Origin: Patescibacteria group bacterium
GTDB lineage: Bacteria; Patescibacteriota; Patescibacteriia; SCPX01
NCBI GenBank assembly: GCA_004298615.1
Contig: SCPX01000056.1
Span: 6,876 to 70,875, forward strand
DNA: 64,000 nucleotides
Reading direction: 5' to 3'
In this document: piece by piece, positions 1 to 7,826 of the stretch
Layout of the letters: each line of letters starts with the position of its first letter
How positions within the stretch are numbered: the first letter of the stretch is position 1
Made by a program: the position numbers and the translations under genes
The notes under the pieces: model-generated
What the model was told of the DNA's origin: nothing
Seen by the model: the letters and a program-made list of their open reading frames with translations, nothing else
The model's database searches: none

Positions 1-36
1 CCAATGCGCCGGACAAGCGGTTAATTTTTCGCACCT

Positions 37-921
37 ATGAACGAAGATAAGCAAGTAAATGAAAATCAGCGCGAGGAAATGAAAGACGAGATTTATCACA
101 AAGAGCAAGAAATTGAGGAGGAAATTTCAGAGCTAAAGACAGAGCTGAAAGGCTATAAAAAGGCCATTCATCAATTGGATCGTGAAGGCCGCGGCTGGTT
201 TCGTTTTTGGATGATTCCTTTGGTAATAATTCTGGTTGGCGGCGGAATTTTAGGATTTATTTTTATTTCGCAATTCATCAAATACTACAATTTTGCCAAA
301 GAGGGGATACCGCTGGAAATTCTTTCGCAATCGTCCAGTCAATTCACTCAAACCCCGGGGATTAATCCGTCTTCTTCGTCATCTTCTTTGATTACGGCCG
401 CCAAGCTTGCGACCGCTGACGACCCAAGTCAAGGTAAGGAAAGCGCTAAAATTACTTTGGTGGAATTTTCCGATTTTCAGTGCCCGTATTCTGAAGAATC
501 GGCCGCGGTGGTCAAGCAATTGCTTCAAAGATATCCCGATGACATAAAATTGATTTATCGCGATTTTCCGGTGGATTCCATCCACTCTTTCGCGCGCAAA
601 GCGGCCGAGGCCGGCGCGTGCGCCCACGAGCAAGATAAATTTTGGGAATACCACGACAAGCTTTTTGAAAATCAGGAATCTTTAAATAATGAGGACAGCC
701 AAATTTTTTACAAAATCGCCAAAGATGTCGGATTGGACGAAAAGCTTTTCACGACCTGTTTCGGTTTTGGAAAATACAAATCGGAGGTAGAAGAAGATTA
801 TCAAGCCGGTGTTTCCGCCGGAGTGCGCGGCACACCTACCTGGTTTTTCAACGGCCAAAAAATCCAAGGCGCGCTTTCCTTGGAAACATTTGAAAAAATC
901 GCGCAGGAACTTTTAAAATAA
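37..921 (+). CDS. DsbA-like thioredoxin-fold protein. It has an N-terminal coiled-coil, one TM helix, and an active site that reads CPYS (CxxS) rather than CxxC.
   Basis: DsbA motifs are present ('LVEFSDFQCPYSEE', 'IYRDFPVD', 'TPTWFFNGQ'). The protein is paralogous to the ORF at 27185..28084, which carries CPFC. The DNA at 481-492 reads tgc ccg tat tct, confirming the CPYS. Confidence 0.7.
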   Translation: MNEDKQVNENQREEMKDEIYHKEQEIEEEISELKTELKGYKKAIHQLDREGRGWFRFWMIPLVIILVGGGILGFIFISQFIKYYNFAKEGIPLEILSQSSSQFTQTPGINPSSSSSSLITAAKLATADDPSQGKESAKITLVEFSDFQCPYSEESAAVVKQLLQRYPDDIKLIYRDFPVDSIHSFARKAAEAGACAHEQDKFWEYHDKLFENQESLNNEDSQIFYKIAKDVGLDEKLFTTCFGFGKYKSEVEEDYQAGVSAGVRGTPTWFFNGQKIQGALSLETFEKIAQELLK

Positions 922-937
922 TATTGGCAAAAATTTT

Positions 938-2092
938 ATGCAGCCTTTGGCGAATAAAATAAGGCCGGAAAGCCTGAAAGAATTTGTCGGCCAAGGACAT
1001 TTGGCAGGGGATAATAAACCCCTCCGCATTGCTATTGAAAATAAGCATTTGTTCTCCTTTATTCTATGGGGGCCGCCCGGGGTTGGAAAAACCACGCTGG
1101 CGCGCATTTACGCCAATGAATTGGACGCGGAGTTTTTTGAATTGTCCGCCGTCTCGGCCGGAAAAGATGATATTAAAAAAATTGTCAAAAGCGATACGGG
1201 CGATAAACCCAAGGTTCTATTTTTGGACGAGATTCACCGATTCAATAAAGCTCAGCAAGATTTTCTGTTGCCGTTTGCGGAGACCGGAGAATTGACATTG
1301 ATCGGCGCTACGACTGAAAATCCGAGCTTTGAGGTGATTTCTCCTTTGCTTTCCCGCTGCCGCGTTTTTACTCTAAACGCATTATCGGATGAGGAAATGA
1401 AACAAATTATCGCGCGTGCCGATTTAAAAATGGACGATGAAGCGCGGGATTGGCTGATCAATATGGCCAATGGCGATGCCCGGCAGGCTATCACGATGCT
1501 GGAAAATACGGAAAAACTTTACAAAAAAATTACGATTGAAAATTTAAAAAATACTCTTCAATCAAAATTCTTGCGATATGACAAACAAGGCGAAGAACAT
1601 TATAATACCATTAGCGCTTTTATAAAAAGCATGAGAGCGAGCCAGCCGGACGCCGCTTTGTATTATTTGGCGCGGATGATTGATTCCGGAGAAGATCCGA
1701 AATTCATCGCGCGGCGGATGGTGGTTTTTGCGAGCGAGGATATCGGTATGGCCCAGCCCACGGCTCTGGTGGTCGCCAATGGAGTATTTGAGGCCGTGGA
1801 AAAAATCGGTTTGCCCGAATGCGGCATTAATCTGGCGCATGGCGTGGTATATTTATCAACTTGCAAAAAGGACAGAGGAGCGTATGAGGCGTATATGTCG
1901 GCTATGGAAGATGTGAAAGCGCACGGCAATCTGCCAGTGCCTCTGAAAATCCGCAACGCTCCAACTAAATTGATGAAAGAATTGGAATACGGCAAAGGCT
2001 ACGAAAAATACACTAAAGAGGATTTATTGCCGGAAAAACTAAAAGGGAGAAAGTATTACGGCAAAACATCAATCTCTAATTCGCGCGAATAG
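938..2092 (+). CDS. rarA: Recombination factor RarA/MgsA (AAA+ ATPase)
   Basis: It has a Walker A motif ('WGPPGVGKTTLA') and a Walker B motif ('LFLDEIHRFNK'). The RarA C-terminal region ('ALYYLARMIDSGEDPKFIARRM') is also present. Confidence 0.85.
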   Translation: MQPLANKIRPESLKEFVGQGHLAGDNKPLRIAIENKHLFSFILWGPPGVGKTTLARIYANELDAEFFELSAVSAGKDDIKKIVKSDTGDKPKVLFLDEIHRFNKAQQDFLLPFAETGELTLIGATTENPSFEVISPLLSRCRVFTLNALSDEEMKQIIARADLKMDDEARDWLINMANGDARQAITMLENTEKLYKKITIENLKNTLQSKFLRYDKQGEEHYNTISAFIKSMRASQPDAALYYLARMIDSGEDPKFIARRMVVFASEDIGMAQPTALVVANGVFEAVEKIGLPECGINLAHGVVYLSTCKKDRGAYEAYMSAMEDVKAHGNLPVPLKIRNAPTKLMKELEYGKGYEKYTKEDLLPEKLKGRKYYGKTSISNSRE

Positions 2093-2104
2093 GCGAATAG
2101 TTTT

Positions 2105-3817
2105 ATGAAAAAATTCTTAATTTTTTTGATCATTGTTTTTGGGTTATTTGTTTCCGCAAATGTTTTTGCCGCGGAGAAGATTAATTCTTTTGCCGCTGAA
2201 ATAAATATCAATACAGATGCGAGTATCAATGTTTCCGAACGGATTGAATATGATTTCGGGTCAGCTCAAAAACACGGCATTTTCAGGGCTATCCCAATAA
2301 AATATCTAGCGCGAGGCGGGAGTTTCGCTTTGCGAATTTCCGATATTTCCGTTGCTGATGTAAAAGGCGCTCCGTATCAATTTACTACCTCATATCCGGG
2401 AAATAATATTCAAATAAAAATCGGCGATCCGAATATTGAAATTGCCGGCCGGCATATTTACATTATCCATTACACCATCAAGCGCGCGATAAATTTTTTC
2501 AATGATCACGACGAACTTTATTGGAATATTACGGGCAATGATTGGCCGGTAGCAATCGGTAGCGCTTCGGCCAAGATTATTTTGCCGCAAAAAATTGCCG
2601 GCGCTGATATCCAATCCGATTGTTTTGCCGGACCTTTTGGCAGTACGGAAAAGTGCAATTCAATGCTAAAAGGGCTGGGCCAAATAGATTCGGTCAGCTT
2701 CAATGAAAATCAATTGGCAGTTAATAACGGATTAACTATTGTGGTCGGTTTTCCAAAAGGAATGGTAATTAAGCCGAGCGTTTTGGTAAGTGCCGTAGAC
2801 TCGATAAGGGACAATAAAGGAATTTTATTTCCGATTTTTGTTCTTGTTGTTTATTTTGGTATGTGGTATAGGCGTAGGCGGTACCTAACTGATTGCGGGC
2901 CAACTATCGCGCAGTACGATCCGCCAGAGAATCTTTCGCCGGCTGAAGCAGGAATTTTGTGGCACGAACGGAGATGGGCAAGAGCCTCTAATATTGTTGC
3001 TGAAATTATTCATTTAGCCATTAAGGGTTATATCAAAATAATAAAAAAAGAAAATGGTGATTATGTATTAGAGTTGTTGCGCGATGATTTGCATGACCTG
3101 ACTGATTGTCAAAAAGAGATAATACAAGAAATAATATTAAAAAATGGGACTGATAAGAAGATCGCCCTTTCTCGCGTCGCTTTAAATTTAGAGAGCATAA
3201 TTTATTATCTTAATAACTGTTTTATAAATAATCTTATTAAAAATGGATATTTTTCCATATTTTATCGTCGCATTAATCAGATTGGATCAATTATTAGCTT
3301 TCTCCTTATAATCCCAAGTTTTGCTATTGGGATGATAGTTTTAGGCGGATTTATAACCGGTGCTTTAAGTTTCTTTAGCGCTATGATTATAATTTTTATT
3401 TTTAGTGCTTTTATGCTTACAACGAAATCTAAAGAAGGGGTTAAAGCCATTTGGTATATTGCGGGTTTGAAAATGTATATTGAGGTGGCGGAGGAGAGAC
3501 GAATACAATTTCATAATGCACCGGATAGAAATCCAGAACATTTTGAAAAGCTTTTGCCCTACGCTATAGCTTTAGGATTAGAAAAGCGGTGGGCGCAACA
3601 GTTCGTCGATGTATACACGCAAGCTCCAATGTGGTATGTTGACGACAAAATGAATCATTTCAATGTTAATAAGTTTGCGACAAGTGTTGCTTCCGTGAGG
3701 ATGTTGGGCGCTAATACTCTTCCAGAGTCTAGTGGAGCAAGCAGTGGGCGTAGTGGATTGAGCGGCGGCGGGGGATCGGGCGGCGGTTTTGGCGGTGGCG
3801 GTGGAAGGAGTTGGTGA
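2105..3817 (+). CDS. DUF2207-like membrane protein. It has a signal peptide, an extracellular domain and a TM region, and ends in a Gly-rich tail '...SW'.
   Basis: It is a paralog of the next ORF, with near-identical N-terminal domains ('AAEKINSFxAEIxINxDASINVSERIEYDFGSAQKHGIFR'). The C-terminus reads 'GGGGSGGGFGGGGGRSW'. Confidence 0.6.
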   Translation: MKKFLIFLIIVFGLFVSANVFAAEKINSFAAEININTDASINVSERIEYDFGSAQKHGIFRAIPIKYLARGGSFALRISDISVADVKGAPYQFTTSYPGNNIQIKIGDPNIEIAGRHIYIIHYTIKRAINFFNDHDELYWNITGNDWPVAIGSASAKIILPQKIAGADIQSDCFAGPFGSTEKCNSMLKGLGQIDSVSFNENQLAVNNGLTIVVGFPKGMVIKPSVLVSAVDSIRDNKGILFPIFVLVVYFGMWYRRRRYLTDCGPTIAQYDPPENLSPAEAGILWHERRWARASNIVAEIIHLAIKGYIKIIKKENGDYVLELLRDDLHDLTDCQKEIIQEIILKNGTDKKIALSRVALNLESIIYYLNNCFINNLIKNGYFSIFYRRINQIGSIISFLLIIPSFAIGMIVLGGFITGALSFFSAMIIIFIFSAFMLTTKSKEGVKAIWYIAGLKMYIEVAEERRIQFHNAPDRNPEHFEKLLPYAIALGLEKRWAQQFVDVYTQAPMWYVDDKMNHFNVNKFATSVASVRMLGANTLPESSGASSGRSGLSGGGGSGGGFGGGGGRSW

Positions 3818-3893
3818 AGAAACATTAATTGATAAATTTTATATATATTATGATAAAAAAATACAGAATAAAAAATATTGGAATAGAAGAAAT

Positions 3894-5603
3894 ATGATTA
3901 AATATTTAAGAAAAATATTTATTTTCACCTTTCTTGCCTTCGGTTTATTTATTTCCCCAAACGCTTTTGCCGCGGAAAAGATTAATTCCTTTGACGCTGA
4001 AATAAAAATCAATGCTGACGCGAGCATAAATGTTTCCGAACGGATTGAGTATGATTTCGGGTCAGCTCAAAAACATGGGATTTTCAGGGATATTCCGATA
4101 AAATACCAAGCCAGAGGAGGAAACTTCGCTTTGCGAATTTCCGATATTTCCGTAAACGATGAGAAAGGAACGCCGAATAAATTTACAACATCATATCCGG
4201 GCGACAACATTCAAATCAAAATCGGCGATCCGAATATTGAGATTACCGGCCGGCATATTTATATTATAAACTATACGATTAAACGCGCGATAAATTATTT
4301 TGATAATCACGATGAATTGTATTGGAATATTACGGGTAATGATTGGCCGGTGGCGATCGGCAGCGCTTCGGCCAAGATTATTTTTCCGCAAAAAATTGCC
4401 AGCGCTGATATCCAATCCGATTGTTTTGCCGGACCTTTCGGCAGCACGATAAGATGCAATTCCGATTTTATGCAATCCGGCATGACCAATTATGTTGGTT
4501 TTGATAATAATCAGTTGTCCGCATATAACGGATTAACCATTGTCGTCGGATTTCCCAAAGGAATCGTGATAAAACCGAGTAATTTTGAAGTTGCTTTGGA
4601 AACGGCCAAGGATAATTGGATAATCGGTTTGCCGATTATCGTTTTGATCGTTTGTTTTTATTTATGGTACACGCGCGGACGGGATCCGGCCGGCCGGGGC
4701 ATTATTATCGCCCAGTACGATTCGCCGGACAATCTGACTCCGGCCGAGGTGGGGACAATCGCGGACGAACACGCGCAGAATAAAGACATAACCGCCGAGA
4801 TAATTTTCTTGGCAACGCTCGGTTATTTGAAAATCAGACAAACTGAAAATAAAATTTTAATTTTCAAATCAAAAGATTACGAATTGGAAATAATTAAAAA
4901 CGATTTCAGCCAACTCAATGATTTTCAAAAGACAATAATGAATGGATTGTCCAAGGAGGCGGCCGCTCAAATAGTAAAATTATCTGATCTGAAAAATAAA
5001 TTTTACAAAGATCTGAAAGAAGCTAAAGATAAAGTTTATCAATCCGTAGCCGAAAAGGGTTATTTTAAGACTAACCCCAATAAAATCAGGGGAATATTCG
5101 CTCTCATCGGCGTGCCAATGATTATGCTGGGATTTTTTCTTGGAGGTTTTTTTGGCGCAATCGGGACAATCAGTCTGGCCGTATCAGGCGCTGTTTTGGT
5201 GATATTCGGTTATATTATTCCGGCGCGCACCAAAAAAGGAGTGGAGACAAAAGAGCACATTTTGGGACTCAAATTATATATGTCGGTGGCGGAAGCGCGG
5301 CGTTTGGAATTCCATAACGCTCCGGAAAAGAAGCCGGAAGTTTTTGAAAAACTTTTACCGTACGCGATGGCGCTGGGGGTGGAAAAACAATGGGCCAAGC
5401 AATTTGAAGGAATATATGATCAGCAGCCAAGTTGGTATCAGGGATCGGCCGGGGCTTTTAACGCCGTTATGTTTACCAGTATTATGAGCGATTTTTCGCA
5501 TTCGGCCAATTCAACAATGGCATCATCGCCTGGAGGCGGAAGCGGTTTTTCCGGAGGAGGTTCGGGCGGCGGGGGAGGCGGCGGCGGGGGAGGGAGCTGG
5601 TGA
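3894..5603 (+). CDS. DUF2207-like membrane protein, tandem paralog of the preceding ORF
   Basis: It shares the same N-domain and 'EFHNAPEKKPEVFEKLLPYAxALG' motif, and ends in a poly-Gly tail 'GGGSGGGGGGGGGGSW'. The start is taken at 'MIKYLRK'; the 5' extension to 3789 overlaps the upstream gene. Confidence 0.6.
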   Translation: MIKYLRKIFIFTFLAFGLFISPNAFAAEKINSFDAEIKINADASINVSERIEYDFGSAQKHGIFRDIPIKYQARGGNFALRISDISVNDEKGTPNKFTTSYPGDNIQIKIGDPNIEITGRHIYIINYTIKRAINYFDNHDELYWNITGNDWPVAIGSASAKIIFPQKIASADIQSDCFAGPFGSTIRCNSDFMQSGMTNYVGFDNNQLSAYNGLTIVVGFPKGIVIKPSNFEVALETAKDNWIIGLPIIVLIVCFYLWYTRGRDPAGRGIIIAQYDSPDNLTPAEVGTIADEHAQNKDITAEIIFLATLGYLKIRQTENKILIFKSKDYELEIIKNDFSQLNDFQKTIMNGLSKEAAAQIVKLSDLKNKFYKDLKEAKDKVYQSVAEKGYFKTNPNKIRGIFALIGVPMIMLGFFLGGFFGAIGTISLAVSGAVLVIFGYIIPARTKKGVETKEHILGLKLYMSVAEARRLEFHNAPEKKPEVFEKLLPYAMALGVEKQWAKQFEGIYDQQPSWYQGSAGAFNAVMFTSIMSDFSHSANSTMASSPGGGSGFSGGGSGGGGGGGGGGSW

Positions 5604-5604
5604 G

Positions 5605-5967
5605 CTAATTTCCGCATTTGCGGCATTGGCCGTATAAATAGATTTGAAAGTTTTGGACTTTGCCGATCTTGGTCTTTTTATTGATTAGCGAGATATTTTT
5701 ATCAAAAACATCGTAGATTTTGCCGCAGTCTTGGCAGACAAAATGCGCGTGGGGAGAGGTGTCCGCGTCAAACCGCGCCGGTTCTTTTGCCACTTCAATA
5801 ATCTCTCCTTTTTGTTTGAGAGTATTCAGAATCCGGTAGATTGTCCCATGGCTGATTGTCGGCAGTTTTTTCCTAACGGCTGAAAAAATAATCTCGGCCG
5901 ACGGGTGGGTCTTTACGCCTTTAAGATATTCCAAAACAGCTTGTTTTTGGATAGTGGAACGTTCCAT
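5605..5967 (-). CDS. Fur-family metalloregulator, PerR-like
   Basis: It has a Fur-family HTH ('GTIYRILNTLKQKGEI') and 'HHFVCQDCGKIYD...CRKCG' metal-binding motifs. It lies directly downstream of the peroxiredoxin gene on the same strand. Confidence 0.8.
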   Translation of the reverse strand: MERSTIQKQAVLEYLKGVKTHPSAEIIFSAVRKKLPTISHGTIYRILNTLKQKGEIIEVAKEPARFDADTSPHAHFVCQDCGKIYDVFDKNISLINKKTKIGKVQNFQIYLYGQCRKCGN

Positions 5968-6040
5968 ATTGCTTGATGATTACCAAATCATGACCATTCG
6001 GGATCCTGTCGCCGCGGCACCCCTCATTTAGGCAACCGAA

Positions 6041-6613
6041 TTATATTTTGCCAACCAAATCCAGCCCGGGCTTCAGAGTTTTTTCTCCCGGATGCCAGCT
6101 GGCCGGACAGACCAGACCTTTATTTTCCCGCACGAATTTCGCGGCTTGAAGTTTTCTCAAAATCTCGGCGCCTGATCGGCCGATGCTGTTGTCGTGAATA
6201 TCGCTTGCTTTAAGTACGCCATCCGGATCAATGATGAATGTCCCGCGCAAAGACAAGCCCTCATTTTCCAGATAGGTGCCGAAAGCGCGGCATAAATTTC
6301 CGGTCGGATCGGCCATCATCGGGTATTTGATTTTTTTAATGACCGCTGAAGCGTCATGCCACGCCTTGTGAGTAAAAACCGTGTCTGTACTCACGCTTAG
6401 GATCTCCGCTTCGTTTTTCTGGAATTCCGGATAAAGATCGGCCGCTTCCCCCAATTCGGTGGGGCAGATAAATGTAAAATCAGCCGGATAAAATAGAAGC
6501 ACGAGCCATTTTCCCCGGTAATCAGAGAGCTTTATTTTTTTAATTTCTTCTTCGTGATAAGCGTCTGATTCAAAATCGCTTATTTTTTGGCCTATTGCTG
6601 TCATAAAATGCAT
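6041..6613 (-). CDS. 2-Cys peroxiredoxin (AhpC/Prx family)
   Basis: The peroxidatic motif 'FTFICPTE' is present, along with a resolving Cys in 'LVCPASW', at typical Prx length. Confidence 0.85.
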   Translation of the reverse strand: MHFMTAIGQKISDFESDAYHEEEIKKIKLSDYRGKWLVLLFYPADFTFICPTELGEAADLYPEFQKNEAEILSVSTDTVFTHKAWHDASAVIKKIKYPMMADPTGNLCRAFGTYLENEGLSLRGTFIIDPDGVLKASDIHDNSIGRSGAEILRKLQAAKFVRENKGLVCPASWHPGEKTLKPGLDLVGKI

Positions 6614-6655
6614 TTGACGATTTAATAATAATGTATCGTAATCGCTAATAACTTC

Positions 6656-6668
6656 TTATTAGTAATAA
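6656..6668. promoter_or_regulatory. Perfect 6-1-6 palindrome TTATTAgTAATAA in the prx/fur promoter region; candidate Fur/PerR box
   Basis: The palindrome is seen directly in the sequence. Its resemblance to AT-rich Fur/PerR boxes is established knowledge. It sits about 45 bp upstream of the prx start codon on the minus strand. Confidence 0.3.
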
Positions 6669-7167
6669 TTCTTAATTACATTTTATTATTATTTATTGTT
6701 TTTGTCAAGCTATCGGCTTGTTAACAAAATGGCGAAATTATGCACAGTTTATCCACAGAAAAGGGCTTGACAACGGTAAAACTTCAGGAATATACTGAAA
6801 TTGAATTTCTTTCAACAATTTAAAAAATAAAATTAAAACAATAGAATCATTTTTTAAACAATTCTTAAACAATACTAACCAACCGAATTTGTTTGAAGAT
6901 TTGTCGAAGTGCTCTTGAAGCTTAGTAAGCGAAAAGAGCAGAGGGACGCGGCAAAACAAAAACATTCCTATTTTTAGGTTGGTTTTTGTATTTTCTGAAA
7001 ATTTATAAAGCCAACCTGATAACGGTTGGTTTTTTTATTGCAGTCAAACGCCTCCTCTTGAAATTTCAAGGGGGAGGGAAGGCGCTTGGCCGTAATTAGT
7101 GGCCATTAAAGGTCGAGATTTGTTCATTATTCAATTCAATCATTATTATTAAATACATCTCAAATAT

Positions 7168-7746
7168 ATGAAAAAACTATTTAAAGCATTGGCGGCGACA
7201 TCAATTTTGTCGCTTGCCCTGGCGTTTTCCATTCTACCGGCGCTGGCTTATGGATTTGATTTTGATAATCTTCGCATTGTCAAAATTAAAAACACCAATA
7301 AAGCTTATGTCAATAATATGGTCGCGGGCGCTTCAAGTACTGGCGACAATAGCGCGGCTGGCGGAGATGGAGGAAAAGTATATGACGATGGCACGGGCGG
7401 AGACGGCGGTACGGGAGTAATCCTGTCCGGCGATGCCGATGCTGCGGCTAAAACGAAAGTCTATGCTAATGAAACAAGCACGGATGTTACCGGAACTGAT
7501 TGCGGGTGTGATGACACTATGGAAGTAATCAAGGTGAGCAATTACAATAAAGCCAAAGTGAATAACATGGTGCTTGCGGCATCTTCAAGCGGAGGCAATA
7601 GCGCCTCGGGCGGCGATGGCGGCAAAGTGAAAGATGACGGGCAAGGCGGAGCCGGCGGCGATGCGATTGTTGAAACCGGCAGCGCGAGCAGCTGGGCTGC
7701 CTCAATGACTGTTGTCAATTCCACAACGACAACCATTGATCCGTAG
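7168..7746 (+). CDS. Secreted Gly/Asn-rich repeat protein containing two ~60-aa internal repeats
   Basis: It has a signal peptide ('MKKLFKALAATSILSLALAFS'). The repeats are 'NKAYVNNMVAGASSTGDNSAAGGDGGKVYDDGTGGDGG' and 'NKAKVNNMVLAASSSGGNSASGGDGGKVKDDGQGGAGG'. The same module recurs in the giant ORF downstream. Confidence 0.55.
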   Translation: MKKLFKALAATSILSLALAFSILPALAYGFDFDNLRIVKIKNTNKAYVNNMVAGASSTGDNSAAGGDGGKVYDDGTGGDGGTGVILSGDADAAAKTKVYANETSTDVTGTDCGCDDTMEVIKVSNYNKAKVNNMVLAASSSGGNSASGGDGGKVKDDGQGGAGGDAIVETGSASSWAASMTVVNSTTTTIDP

Positions 7747-7786
7747 AACGCTCTTGAATGGTCCCCTGGTAATACTCGGGGCCATT

Positions 7787-7825
7787 TCAAGTAAGCGCTC
7801 AAAGGTTGGTTGAGCGCTTACTTGA
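7787..7825 (+). promoter_or_regulatory. 15-17-bp perfect inverted repeat (caagtaagcgctcaa-N7-ttgagcgcttacttg) immediately 5' of, and abutting, the adhesin start codon
   Basis: The repeat is seen in sequence with no T-run after it. It would sequester the region just upstream of ATG 7827. Confidence 0.4.
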
Positions 7826-7826
7826 G

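Noticed and set aside
3789-3893. 5' extension of the second DUF2207-like ORF ('MAVAVEGVGEETL...')
   Set aside because: It overlaps the Gly-rich tail of the upstream gene. The internal Met at 3894 is followed by a proper signal peptide and matches the N-terminus of the paralog.
5438-5626. Minus-strand ORF encoding a poly-Pro run ('PPPPPPPPPPP')
   Set aside because: It is the reverse complement of the poly-Gly tail codons of the DUF2207-like gene, that is a frame artefact.
6738-6965. 75-aa minus-strand ORF in the prx promoter / AT-rich spacer
   Set aside because: It is AT-rich, non-coding-like, with no RBS. The region is better explained as a promoter/operator plus structured spacer.
7008-7040. 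Rho-independent terminator for a plus-strand gene
   Set aside because: It has a stem-loop plus T-tract, but no plus-strand gene ends upstream (prx and fur are on the minus strand). It is kept only as part of the GGTTGGTTTTT motif observation.
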